64,000 nucleotides of DNA from Eledone cirrhosa (lineage: Eukaryota): NCBI GenBank assembly GCA_964016885.1, contig OZ024743.1, positions 340,070,001 through 340,134,000 on the forward strand. The letters run 5' to 3'. Positions 51,325 to 64,000 of this stretch are shown piece after piece. A program made the translations under genes and the position numbers. The notes under the pieces are model-generated. The model made no database searches. It was given only the letters and a program-made list of their open reading frames with translations, and was not told where the DNA came from. Every line of letters begins with the position of its first letter. Within the stretch, counting starts at the first letter, position 1.

Positions 51325-51932
51325 ATTTCTGTGAGGGTCGTGGTGGCAGAGTCCTTCTCAAACACTCCTTCCAGAAGCAAACATCTCTAACTGATCCAGC
51401 TGGATCCCAAATCGTGACCAGCGAAGCTCATCGATGTTATCCAACTATCTTGCTCAGAGTCTACCTCTGGTTCCTTTGTCGGTTGGTTTTGCCCGTAAAA
51501 TCTGTCCAGTGATTCTTTCCTGAGACATTCTAACCACATGCCCATAATATCGGAGCTGTGATCTCTCAATCCAGAGAAGTAGCGACTCTACCAGGCGTGA
51601 CTCTCTGATCTCCGAGATATCCACTTTATCGAGTAACGTTACTCTAAACACCCTTCGGAGGAACCCCATTTCAGCCGCTTGTATTTGAAATTATATTCTT
51701 TCGATCATTACCCAAGATTCCTGACCGTTGGTAAGGATTGGCAGGAATACCAGGAAGACAGTGAGTTTGGCTTTTACACCTACATCCCTTCTTCTGATTA
51801 CTGAATCTGGTGCATTACTGCATAAGCTTTTGCAATTATTGCACTTAATTCAGCCTCTTGCCTTCCACCACTCATGAACACGGCCCTGCGATACGTGAAC
51901 TACTCTACCTGCTTCAGTGGAACTCCATTCAC
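51325..51932 (-). mobile_element. RTE-clade LINE 3' fragment
   Basis: MGFLRRVFRVTLLDK..IERSQLRYYGHVVRMSQERI..GTRGR; homologous to 41270-41580. Confidence 0.88.
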
Positions 51933-52180
51933 ATATATATATAAATTTAAGCGACTTCTGTCCTTCCGTCCGTCACTAAATGTGTGTGATGTTTGCGTGA
52001 ATATATATGTGTGTAAAAGGAAGGAAGGTGATACACACACACATATATATGTTTCTAACTTAAAAACAGTGACACACATACACACGCACACACACCCATA
52101 TATATATATATATATATAACACACGTCTCTAATTTAAGAACGCTGACAAACTCACGCGCGCACATACACACACACTGTCC

Positions 52181-52920
52181 TATTACCACTGAAGAGCTTT
52201 GGCCCGGGCAAACATCCCTTCAATTTTAGAACCGTCTGGGTTGTCAAGAATTGATTGACCTGACGGTCTTACCCTATGCTCCTGGTCAAGAGGCGGGTGC
52301 TTTATCTGCCCCTGGTCAAGAGGCAGGTGCTTTATCTGGGACGTCACAGTTAGTGACTCTTTTGCTTCTTCCCACATCCTGGATGCAGCGGTAAGGGCGA
52401 GAGCTACAGCATCGTCAGCTGAACCGAACAAAATCCTAAAATACCGTGTTATGTCAGCTAACTACATTTTCCAGCATGTGGCGTTCGAGACGTTCAGAGG
52501 AGTCGGGTTACTGACAGAGAGGTTCTTATGTTAACTGGCGGCTCGCCTAACTGAGGTAACTGGTGATAATCGTATGGGTGATTGGTTGTTCCAGCCCCTC
52601 AGCCACGCCTTCATCCGAGGTAACGCTGCGAGCGTGCTGACTTGCCTCAAAAATTATTAGAGCGGTTTCCCAGTGCTCCTCGCTATATTGCTATTTTTTG
52701 CTTTGGTAGCGGCTCGTTTGTACACCCCTTTCGCCTGCCTTTTGTTGTATGTGGTCCTAGATGTGTGTATTACGTGCTTGTGCATTTTTTCTCTTTCTTT
52801 TTTTTCCTTTCTCTTTCCTTTGTATATATTATATTTGTTTGTTTTCGTTCTGGAAGCATTATATTATTATATTTTTTATACAACTGTGAATATGTAACAA
52901 TAAATGAGTTAAAAAAAGAG
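52181..52920 (+). mobile_element. CRE-like non-LTR retrotransposon 3' fragment (restriction-like endonuclease) plus 3' UTR
   Basis: Plus frame RALARANIPSILEPSGLSRID*PDGLTL..PWSRGRCFIWDVTVSDSFASS..AEPNKILKY..VAFETF..LFQPLSHAFIRGNAASVL; absent from the ORF track because of stops. Confidence 0.8.
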
Positions 52921-53214
52921 TTAAACCTTGTTGTTCAGAATAAGTAAATAAAAAGTTACACTTCATTTTACCCTCCCATTTCCACACTTATCGAACTCTA
53001 TCATGCTGTGTGCGTATGTGTGTAAATGAATGTATTTGTGTGAATGTATGTCTGTTAGTGTATATTTTTTAAAGTGTGTCTGTGTTTGCACGATTAGTTA
53101 TATATTCATACATATAAATGTATGTACATGCACATACGCACACACATACACATACACGTCAGCGTGTTGAAAAAGTCCTAATCTCTTCATCTTTCTCTTT
53201 CACTCTCTCTCTAT

Positions 53215-53246
<32 letters not shown>

Positions 53247-53401
53247 CTGTCACATAGTCACTCTATCTATCTGTATTTCTCTCATCACACACTCTCTCTT
53301 TCTTTCTCGCTCTGTCTATATATATATGGTAGTTGAAATCAAGAGTTCCGAAATTGAGTACATAAATTATGTAATATTCATTCATTATTTATTCAAAGTA
53401 A

Positions 53402-53594
53402 GGGCGGTGGATTGGCAGTATCGGTAGAGGGTCGGACGCCATGCTTTGACGCATAGAGTTACGGCCCTTGCCATACTGAGTTCAAATCCCGCCGAGGTTA
53501 ACTTTGCCTTTCATCCTTAAGGGGTCGATAAAATAAAGTACCAGTAATGTACTGGGTAATTGCTGGCCTTGTGCCAAAAAGTAGAAACAATTAT
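53402..53594 (+). mobile_element. Young full-length Deu/Nin-like tRNA SINE, 18-bp TSD
   Basis: TGGCAGTATCGG A-box, GAGTTCAAATCCC B-box, CCTTTCATCCTT..GGGGTCGATAAAATAAAGTACCAG; ATTATTTATTCAAAGTAA at 53384-53401 and 53590-53607. Confidence 0.93.
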
Positions 53595-53699
53595 TTATTC
53601 AAAGTAATCCAACTTATTTTACTAACGGGATTAAAAAATATATAAATAGGACCCAGTGCCAAACTCCTCCCTTTATTATATATAGATTATTTATCAAGT

Positions 53700-53800
53700 T
53701 AATGACTCTCATAGGACGAATTCTATTTATTTTTCTAGGAATGTGACACTCAGACAAATTCTTAGAAAAGGAAACAGAATTAATCCTGTAAGAGTCATTA
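53700..53800. repeat. Imperfect ~100-bp hairpin (MITE-like)
   Basis: AATGACTCT..AGGA..TTTTCTAGGAAT / ATTCTTAGAAAA..TCCT..AGAGTCATT. Confidence 0.55.
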
Positions 53801-54030
53801 ATTTATTAATATGTATGCTTATATATACACATACTAACATATATTTCTTTATACATATGTATATATATATATATATATATACATATATATATGTATATAT
53901 ATGTGTATATATATATATATATATATACATATATATATGTATATATATGTATATATATGTATATATATGTATACCGGATCTTGTTACCCGGAGATCTACC
54001 CATTTGCATTGTCGAGGCTTCCAAACGACT

Positions 54031-54082
<52 letters not shown>

Positions 54083-54099
54083 TTTCTGTATCTATTTAT

Positions 54100-56158
54100 T
54101 TCCGGCCCATAACTCTGCTAAACACAGAGTTACAGATTTTGGCCAAGGTGTTGGCAAAGAGGCTGGCACTTGTCGTCGGGAACCTAGTGGGAGAAGCGCA
54201 GACATGCGCAATCCCAACCAGGTCCATACACGACAACCTCCACCTCATGCGATACATCATAGAGAGGGTAGGGTGTAAACCCGGCTTCGGTGGGGCCCTG
54301 ATCAACTTGGATCAGTCTAAGGCTTTCGATAGGGTTCGAGGCGGCAGGCTTCGGACCCGTGTTCAGGGGCTGGATCGCTGCAATGCACAACAGCAACATC
54401 TGCTCAAGGGTCAAGGTGAACGGCTACCTCTCGGAGCCGTTCCATATTACGCGATCCATTCGACAGGGATGCCCTCTCTCCTCCCTTCTGTACGTACTGA
54501 CTCTCGAGCCACTACTGCGGAAGTTGGAGCTATTGCAGAGCATGCTTATGGAACCGGGACTGCGGAAAGCGGCGTCGGCCTACGCCGACGACGTGACAGT
54601 ATTGGTGTCGAGCGCCTCGCAAATCGAGGAAGTCGGCACCTTACTGAAGAAATACGAAAGTTTCACAGGAGCGAAGCTGAACCGGGACAAGTCCATCGGT
54701 TTGCAACTCGGATCGTGGAGAGGCAAACCGATGCCTTCCGATGGCGTCGTCGGACGCTGGACGGAAGGACCGGTAAAGCTGCTCGGGGTCTGGTTTGGTC
54801 CGGACCTCCAGGTGGAGAAGAACTGGAACGAAGTGACGGCCAAGGTGTTTGCACTCATCCAGAAGTGGGCCGAGTGAAAACTATCCTTGAAAGGTCGAGC
54901 GGAGGTGGAGAACACTTTTATAGCGTCTGCCATCTACTACCGCTTGACCGTCGTGCCTTGTCCAGCCAAAACGCTCGCCAAAATGGAACGAGAAGATCCA
55001 TCTGCTGCCAACACCCTTCTAACGGAGGGCTGGGGATGCCGTGGTTGACGATGAGCAAACACGCGCTCAGGCTGCGGCATCTCTACGTATTCCTCACCGG
55101 ACAACCGGTGTAGACCCCGTTCGTGAGGCGAGCCTTCCCACGACTCGTCTCGCTGATCGAGCTGCAGTCCCGAGTCAAGCAAAGACCGAGGAAAATGGGC
55201 GACTGGCACATCGAATGTGCTCAGGCGCTCACAGCCCTCTGGCAGGCGGACCCGGCGATCAGTGGAGACTCCACTTCGTCATTCTATAGAGGGTTGATCC
55301 GCAGCAAGTGCGACGACGCGCTCGGTGAAACTCTAGGCGTAGAGGAAGATGAACTGGCCAGTCTGTTTGGTAGGACCTTCCGCCCGGGACCGATGGACAA
55401 CTTCCAAAAGTCCCTGGCCTGGCAGTGCTACCGAGGAGCTCTACCAGTTCGAGACAAGCTCTACAGACATGGGCGCCCGGACAGGGACCCTGCAAAAAAG
55501 ATCTGTCCGAGGTGCGTGCGAGACGAAGAAACCGTCGCGCACGCATTCATACACTGCCCGGGCGTCACTGACCTGTGGGACTATGTAGAACGACTATTGT
55601 CGCGGGTGGGACCAATCCGGTTGACCACCGAGTCCATTGTCATGATCAAACCGCCACCCACCTTCAAAACCGAAGGAGAGGCGGTTTTCCTTTGTGTGAT
55701 AGCTATGGCGAAAGAGGTTGTATGGTGGACAAGGTTGAAAGGGCTGAGGTCAGACACCGTTCTCTCCGGCCAACAACTGATTCTTTTTTTCAAATACCAC
55801 TTTGGAAGAAGAATCAGGATGGAGAGAGAGGTGCTCTACCCCAGCAAGTTTTATGAAAGGTGGGTGAAAGTGGCGAGAATGGCCCGAGTGAATGGGCCTT
55901 CTCTCTATATTAGCCTGTAGGTTGAGGAAAAGGAGGAGGAGAGGAAAGGAGTACAAACTCTTCGTACTCCTGGAGATGAGGGTTGCACATTTTTTTCGGG
56001 GGTATGTGTTACCCATATAAACTGTCTCCCCTATTGGGGAAAATCGATTAACTTTTTAAATTGCATTTGTGATAACATTTTACACGTTTTTATTGTATGT
56101 AAACTTCCCCCTTTGTATTTGTCCCCTTCTTTTGTTCCCCTGTGGCTAATAAAGAAAC
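54100..56158 (+). mobile_element. 5'-truncated L1/Tx1-clade LINE: RT, C-terminal CCHC domain, 3' UTR (frameshifted)
   Basis: [21 protein letters not shown]; LDQSKAFDRV; IRQGCPLSSLLYVL; AYADDVT; GGLGMP; CPRCVRDEETVAHAFIHC; GC-rich block ending AATAAAGAAA. Confidence 0.95.
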
Positions 56159-56808
56159 ATATCTATCTATATTATATGCAAGTTAATTCCACAAGCAGGC
56201 ACTTCCGTTGTTCCAACAACTGGAACACTCGTCGTCGGAACCGACTTAAGTCCAACACACACACAAACTTATTCGAAATGATAAACATTCATAAACGCGA
56301 AATATTACCGCCTACGGAAACCGAACCGCATAATTGTTGTATAGCAGACGACCATATAGATCACTGCACTAAGACTACCTAACAGATTTTCAACGTCAAT
56401 TGTCTAACTGGAGAAAGTACAATTGTGTACCCTCATTCATATTGTATGTCTTTCGCTGGCAACGAAGCAGTCATTTAACTGCCAGTAAACGGATCATGCC
56501 CATCACTGGTGATGGCAGTTCTATCACACGTTTTCTGTTCTAATTCATAAACATCTTAACCACATTTTCCTTACATTTGTTCGAATAGAAAGACTTGTTA
56601 TATCTATTTGTACAGTTTATTTTGCGTTCGGTTGCTTCTTTGTTATTAACTTGTGTTACACATCTTCCCAAAGCCTCGATATTTTCAAGGCGTTGTACAA
56701 CCTGGACGTTATTATAAAATACAACTATATCGTACGAAATTGTATTTTCCCTAGGGGTGACTGAGGAAGAAAATTAGTTGATTGTGTTCGTTTGTCCTCC
56801 GTTTTTCC

Positions 56809-56845
<37 letters not shown>

Positions 56846-57029
56846 TAATTTAATATATCTACTAACATACGCACACAGATGTACGCTAATGCCAGCAAAT
56901 ACACAGGTTATGTCATAGTACCTAGGTGGTTCAATGCAGGAGGATGCAGAACAATAATATAAAAGACGTAAAATAAGAAAATTAAAAAAAAAAAAATTTT
57001 TTAAATTAACTTACTTACTTAAATTTTCA

Positions 57030-57109
57030 CTCCAACTAATTAGTTTTTGCAATGGGATAAAGACAGTTACGTAATGAACTGTTGAGAATTTCATTGCGTC
57101 ATCAGGGAG
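57030..57109 (-). ncRNA. Hammerhead copy with GAAA changed to AAAA
   Basis: Identical to 57582-57661 except at G12. Confidence 0.75.
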
Positions 57110-57581
57110 ATCTATTCTCAGCCAAGTCTCCAGGCAATGCGCGGACACTGGGGACTCATATAAAAATAATAATAATTCGGTAAATGGAACAGCTATCGAG
57201 GACTGGATTCCAGGCACTGAAAATTCTCACTGCCACTGGTCATATGGCCGATTCTAAAGAATCAATCACGTGACACAGAGGCTAGTCAGTAGGAATGGGA
57301 TGGTAAGATGACAGAGGCCTACTAACACCCCCCTAAAAATTTAGAAGTGGTTTTGGCAGGTTTGCTCGACAAATCAGTGATTTGGAGATAAATATAGATA
57401 ATTTAATATATCTACTAACATAAGCGCACAGATGTACGCTAATGCCAGCAAATACACAGGTTATGTCATAGTACCTAGGTGGTTCAATGCAGGAGGATGC
57501 AGAACAATAATATAAAAGACGTAAAATAAGAAAATTTAAAAAAAAAATTTAAAAAAATTAACTTACTTACTTAAATTTTCA

Positions 57582-57661
57582 CTCCAACTAATTAGTTTCT
57601 GCAATGGGATAAAGACAGTTACGTAATGAACTGTTGAGAATTTCATTGCGTCATCAGGGAG
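57582..57661 (-). ncRNA. Type I hammerhead with ~50-nt stem II (intact core)
   Basis: Minus strand CTCC-CTGATGA-cGCAATG..ACAGTT cattacgt AACTGT..CATTGCa-GAAA-CTAATTAG-TT-GGAG. Confidence 0.85.
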
Positions 57662-57973
57662 ATCTATTCTCAGCCAAGTCTCCAGGCAATGCGCGGACAC
57701 TGGGGACTCATATAAAAATAATAATAATTCGGTAAATGGAACAGCTATCGAGGACTGGATTCCAGGCACTGAAAATTCTCACTGCCACTGGTCATATGGC
57801 CGATTCTAAAGAATCAATCACGTGACACAGAGGCTAGTCAGTAGGAATGGGATGGTAAGATGACTAAATTTTTTTTGCGGGTGTTAGTAGGCGTCTGTCA
57901 TCTTACCATCCCATTCCTACAGAATTAGCCGTCGAAACGGCTTGAGCTCAGCCGTCGGGGTCTTACTTGTTCC

Positions 57974-58014
<41 letters not shown>

Positions 58015-59654
58015 ACATACATACATTCTAATGCGTTATATCGAATGTTGGAGAAAACGATGCATAGAGATAAACGTAGTTTTAGTTGTTTGAATTAACA
58101 TATATATACATTATATAAAGAAGTACACATGGAGATGTGTCGATGATTATTTAAGAATTATTTGAATTAAACTCTCTTCAATTATCACAAAATTAACAGA
58201 ATGAAGGTGGATTAATACAATTATCTAATGATCCGATACCCGAATCATCGATTAGTTGTATTAATCACAGTGAAACAGGCTGTTCTATTATGTAATTGAT
58301 GGCAAATATAACAAGGCAATAATTTCTCTCTCGTTACACACACACACCGTTGTTTGACCTTCGTCGGTTTCGACGATGAGTATTCCGATTGTTCGAAAAA
58401 CAGAACAGCCTACTCAAACATTGTCATGTCTTCAATATAACCTATTTGAAAGAAAAACTGTTTTATATTTTTTGATACGATCTTTATGGTTTGTTTGAAA
58501 CAGTAAGATCTTCATGAGCAACCTTTTAAAACTTTCACGGTCTAATCATCTGGAAGAAGATTTGGTTGGCTTGTGTTATTGCTATTTTATGTTAAGCATA
58601 GGAATGAGTTGGGTTTTTGTTATTCATTCCAATTAAATAAAATGCTACGGTTGACTTAATAGACTTTTCTCTAACTCCAGATTGTTGCTTTTTGTAGCTT
58701 AGCTTTTCTCCGATTTAGAATATTTGTGATTAAAAGCTTTCAAGTTACGATTCTCCCACATTTATATATATCTTTGGCTAAACGTGTTAAGCTATGTTCT
58801 TCAAACATTTTCTTTTTAGAACGTGATTTAATGGATATTTATCTGCTATTTCTAGTAGGATAGAGTGACCCATTAAAGGCACTCTTATATATGATATATT
58901 GTAGTATTATATACAATATCTAAGATTGCATTCTCTCATGTGATTTGCATGTGAAGTGAGCAATTACAGGCTTCCTCACATATACTTCTTTGATCTGCAC
59001 TGAAAAAGTTCCTTTCCAGGTGTAGATGTGTGAACATTTTTGTAGAAGCTCAGCAGTTGCCTAAGCATGTACATCTCCCCGCTTCAATGTCTAAGAGAAA
59101 GGAAGTCCGATACAGCTTCATAGGTGATCTCATAATGCTGGCATAGGTGATCTCAGAGCACAAAGGGCCGAACGAATCACCGTAAAGCATCAAGTCAGAT
59201 ACTCTAATAATTTGTAGCACTTTCTAGCACTTTATTTTTCCACTATGAAAAATAAAAACAAGGCCGACCTCAGTGGGATTCTAACTCAGAGCGCATGAAC
59301 AAATACTAGGAGGAATTTGATGCGACGCTCTAATGACTTAGTCAACCTCTCACGTTCACATATAATATATAATAGTATTAAAGATAATATCTAAATTTTT
59401 AATGCCGAATGGGTCTTTCTTTTTTAAGATAATAGGGAGTGATTTGATTGAAATTTGACTGCTTTATTTAGAAAGGTGAGTGACAGCGTTGAAGCTTCCA
59501 TGATAGTTGAGATAATAGTGACTAGAAATCCAACAGAATGGAAGGCAGTTTATATTCTGTTACGGGTTTTGCACTATGTGTAGAGACAAAATACTTTACT
59601 TTCAAATATTTCTGAGTGTTGATTATCAATAAATACCAGTATCATGGTAAAATG

Positions 59655-59810
59655 CGAGTAGTGTGATTAAGAGGTTTGCTTTGTAATTATGTGGTTCCGA
59701 GTTCGATACATCAGTGCAACACAACTGGGAAATATCTTCTACCATAGCTCCCGGTTGACGAAAGACGTTAGAGTGAAAATAAACGAAGAAAAAGTGTGTA
59801 GAACACGATC
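59655..59810 (+). mobile_element. Decayed tRNA-derived SINE
   Basis: GAGTTCGATAC B-box-like motif, then TCTTCTACCATAGCTCCCGGTTGAC; related to 26780-27130. Confidence 0.55.
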
Positions 59811-60167
59811 ACATGGTGTGTATCTTTTTTTGCTGTGGTCGACTTTAAAATCACCACATTGCTCTTGGGCGCCTTAATCAATAGTTGATATTAACGTTGT
59901 GAGTAAAACTAGGTATAAGAAAACTGTATAAACCATATTCTCCCGATAGACTGTACAATCTTGGCCGGTAGAATTAATCCGTTCTCTGGTCTATCATCGC
60001 CGTTCGACTCTTAATTTCATTTAGCAGCGGAGTCTTCTTTGTGACCAGCTTTCAGAAAAGGTCCCCATCGGATAAAAACCATGAGTCTTGTGTTTATTTC
60101 ACTTTAACTCTATCGGTTTGAGAGGACCTTCAAAATGGGTACGCTTTCTTTAACTGAGCAATACATT

Positions 60168-60387
60168 AATGGTTTCTGATTTAGACACAAGACCTGCAAT
60201 TTGGAGGAGAAGAAAGTCAATGAAATCGACCCCAGTGCATTACTGGTACTTTATTTTATCGACCCCGTAAGGATGAAAGGCAAAGCTAACCTCGATGGGA
60301 TTTGAAATCAGAACGTAAAGGGCCGTAACACTCTACTAAGAAACATTGTGTCCGACGCTCTACTGATACTGCCAATCTACCGCCCTT
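60168..60387 (-). mobile_element. Deu/Nin-like tRNA SINE
   Basis: Reverse complement of family consensus. Confidence 0.88.
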
Positions 60388-61273
60388 AACTGCACAATAA
60401 ATGATTAAACACAAAACCCCCGCCAAAACAAAACAAACATGTTAAACTAGACTACAAACGCCCAAGTTGGTTATAATAGCCAATCCTCTTCTGCAATATA
60501 GATGACGTCAAGCTTCATGTGGCAGATGATAAACAAATGTTAAAATTCACAAATTGAGTATGGAAATTCAGTTTAGAAAAATTGTTTCAAGTTAACGTGG
60601 AAGACACAAAATTGAATTAACCCAACAAATATCACGTTAGGTAAAGACACGGTGATTAAAGAAGTAGACCAAACTCTACAATTATTTTGGTGTTAAAGAA
60701 ATAGACAGAATATAAACAAACAAAAAAGAAAGCAACAAAAAACAAAACAAAACAAAAAACACACAATTGAAAGCAAAGTTCAGGAAGTTATATTATTGAA
60801 GTATTAAATCAATAATTGAATCTGAGCTAAATAACAATAAGTTATGATATAAACCTCAATACCGTATCAGTTCTAGTCATACTTTATAGATATAATATTC
60901 GAAACTGGAAGTTAAGTGAATTAACAAGACTAGATAAGAAAAGTGAAATAATTATTACATTTAGAAGATATCACACAAAACACGGACACAGATATATTAT
61001 ATTTTAGTAAGAATACAAAAAGGCAGGTGTCTTCTGCAACTAGTAAAAATAGTGGTCGAATGTATATTCTGATCATGACACGAAACTAAAACTTTAATCG
61101 TCAGACACTGGAAAAGACATAAAGTTAAGCAGAATAGTGCTTACAAATAAATGCTGAAAATAGAGACTGTGACATAAACTATCAACTACACAGTTTGCAG
61201 AAGCCGTTCTCAGCCAAACGCGTTTATAGAAATAAACATCATTCAGGTCAGCATTATTGATGTCGTCGATTGA

Positions 61274-61464
61274 GGGCGGTGGATTGGCAGTATCCGTAGA
61301 GGGTCGGATGCCATGCTTTGCAGCACAGTTACGTCCCTTTACGGACTGAGTTCAAATCGCGCCGAGGTTAACTTTACCTTTCAACCTTACGGGGTCGATA
61401 AAATAAAGTACCAGTAATGTACTGGGTAATTTCTGACCTTGTGCCAAAAATAGAAACAATTATT
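61274..61464 (+). mobile_element. Deu/Nin-like tRNA SINE with TSD ATTATT[G/A]ATGTCGTCGAT
   Basis: Family consensus; direct repeat on both flanks. Confidence 0.92.
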
Positions 61465-62725
61465 AATGTCGTCGATGTTGTTGCTGTCTGCGTTTTCATT
61501 GTGAAACCTCCAATAATATCTGTTCAAGGAAACTAATTACACACCCGTAGTCAGAAGGACGACTAGACACGATCTACAAGTCTATATTTTCAGATATACA
61601 ATGACTGATGCTCATGGAGCACACTCCGGCATACCGTGTCTTGACGCGCTGGGTACCCTCCATTATCTAGTCTGATAGAGGGCATAGTTGATGCTTCTTT
61701 TTCCGCACTAATATTTGGTGGTGGGAATCGCAGAGCAGTGTCTGAGACTAACGGTGCTGTTAATGTTACAGGTAGTTTTGAGAGATAGAGGTTTCTTACA
61801 CAGGAAAATATGCGACTATACCAGCACCATAAAAAGATGTAATACAAACACACACCACGAAAGATTTATGAAAATAACAATTGGCTATACTCTGAGACAT
61901 CCCAAACCAGAGAAAGAGATAATCTCCATGGTCCAGATACCATTGTTAAAGACCATCTAACACATACCAATGTCCCTTGAAATATCCCTTTTTCAAATAG
62001 GGATTGAATATTGTTTTATAATTGTTTGTATATCTTCTACATAATTTTGCTATTTACTCATGACGTATTTGAGACACCAACTTATTATTGCTGCTACTTT
62101 ACTCATGGAAAATGTGTCTAGTATTCGCACGGAGGGAACATTTTCAAAGTAATAGTCAACTCATGCTGTGATTAGACCATATTTCCCCTTCAACAGTCTT
62201 CAGTTATGGCTTTGCTGATCAGTAATTGATCTTAAAAATACGTGAGCCTTCCAAGCATTCATTCGGTTCTTCTGGAAGTGAGTGATATCTTTTCTTTTCA
62301 TACATACATGGACACACACACACATATCCATGCACACATACGCACATACACAACCACACGAACAAACACACATACGCACGCAACCAGAGTGATGTTCCTG
62401 TATATGGTGCATACCCATTTTCAAATGCGAAGACATGCTTATATGCATATACACATGCATACATTCAAGAATACACCATACACCAGACATTCACATATAT
62501 ACACGTACACAGACGTACACACATGTACACACACGTACACACACGCACACACACATATACATACATATGTTATATCTAGAAAAACACGTGGTAAAAACAA
62601 CAAAACGAAGTTTAAACAACATTCAGGTAAAATATGGGGGTATGTATGTGAAAACTCTGTGGGATATCTTAGAAATGTGTTTGGAAAAATAATTGGAAAA
62701 TTAATTGAAAACTAACGCAACTATG

Positions 62726-62762
<37 letters not shown>

Positions 62763-63500
62763 AATGTATGTATGTATACATGCATGCATGTATGTATGTG
62801 TATGTAGTTATATACATACGCATGGGAATGCATGCGAAGAATACAAATACATTATTGTTGGCAATCATTTCATTTATTTATAATTGCACACTGATAAACA
62901 TTCGTAAATGCCTTCGTGTGCAACTGCTTGTGTGTTCACATACTTGAAGTTTCATACACGTATAATTCGCAAGCTCATCTTCACGGATGGGAAGACAGAA
63001 AAAGAAAGAAAGAAAGAAAGAAAGATATTGAAAGAGATAGTGAGAAAGAAAGAGAGGAATGTGTAACAATATTAATTAGGAATCTGGCATGTAGTTGTAA
63101 GGTAAAGCTTAGAAAACAAACACACACAATGCTCATTGTATGTAGTTTGAAGAGGCAAGCACGCACTTACGTAAATACACAAAAATATACACTTATGATC
63201 ATATACATATCTAGATGCGTTAATGTGTAAGAGTGCTGTTGAATGGGGGTAGTGAGAACATTAGGTGGTACTAAGGGAAAACAATAAGGTCACAAGCTAA
63301 CAAATAAATATAAAACATTATACAACAATGAATGAAGAAGAAATAAAAAAAAATACCTCAATTCTTTTTTAGACTCAGAAAATTTGAATAACAATTAAAA
63401 AATCTGAAAGCTAAACAATAAAAAACTGAATTAAAATAAAATTAGAAAACTAACATAGGATAGGAATATGGCAACTTTCTCTCTCTCTCTATATATATAT

Positions 63501-63947
63501 AACTAGCAGAGGTACCCGGCGTTGCTCGGGTATTAAATAGCAGTTGTGTATACCATTTATGTCAATACTTCAGTGCTACTTCGAAAATTATACTTTTACA
63601 AAATCATCGGCTTTTTCCAAAAGAGGGTTCCTGCCCACCAGGGGTCCCCTACTCAATATGTGCCAATTCTTAGAGTTCACATTCATCTGTAGGACAAACG
63701 TAGCCCATGTGTCAAGTTTTGTGAAAATCGGTTGCGAACTCCAGAAGTTATGACGTTTTGTTGCATTGCACTGCAGTTCTTCAGTGGACTCCAAGGAAGT
63801 GGCTAAAAGGGGTTATCTGCCGGAAGGCCCTATAATCAATATCTGGAAAAATGAAAGTGCCCATGACCATCCGGAGTACATAAGTAACCTATGTCTTAAG
63901 TTTGGTGAAAATACTGTAGAAATGCATAAGGTTTATACACGCGCGCG

Positions 63948-64000
<53 letters not shown>
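63501..64000 (+). mobile_element. Helentron/DINE-1-like non-autonomous element running into (GT)n
   Basis: ACTAGCAGAGGTACCCGGCGTTGCTCGGG terminal hairpin; repeated AAGTTT[T/G]GTGAAAAT motif; internal microsatellite. Confidence 0.6.

Larger units (their letters stand above)
56841..57864 (-). mobile_element. Tandem ~552-bp non-coding units (about 1.85 copies), each with a long-stem-II hammerhead; retrozyme-like
   Basis: ATAGATAATTTAATATATCTACTAAC at 56841 and 57394; near-identical copies; (TA)n at one end and a short inverted segment (57881-57920) at the other. Confidence 0.88.

Noticed and set aside
57011-57769. Duplicated 68-aa ORF as a protein gene
   Set aside because: Non-ATG start, no recognisable motif, identity explained by the tandem duplication, and it overlaps the ribozyme.

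Overview
AT-rich, microsatellite-saturated animal DNA with no recognisable intact gene. The SINE families, (TA)n/(CA)n density and retroelement mix look cephalopod (Octopus-like); this is an inference. Bases 1-16678 are one purine-stranded ~41-bp satellite with kilobase-scale higher-order duplications. The rest is mostly decayed mobile DNA: Penelope-like element (PLE) RT and GIY-YIG remnants, RTE, L1/Tx1 and CRE-type LINE fragments, tRNA-derived SINEs and Helitron/Helentron-like non-autonomous elements. The most notable signal is non-coding. Short inserts between (TA)n tracts repeatedly carry type I hammerhead ribozyme motifs (stem I-CUGANGA-stem II-GAAA-mostly palindromic stem III-UH-stem I'), about 18 motifs in roughly 10 apparently unrelated sequence families. 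Several have a stem II extended to 30-100 nt. Two families form ORF-less tandem units (~420 and ~552 bp) with one ribozyme per unit (retrozyme-like), and many inserts are fold-back palindromes. Nearly all ORFs in the supplied track are microsatellite artefacts. All alignments and folds were done by eye; coordinates of decayed elements are approximate.
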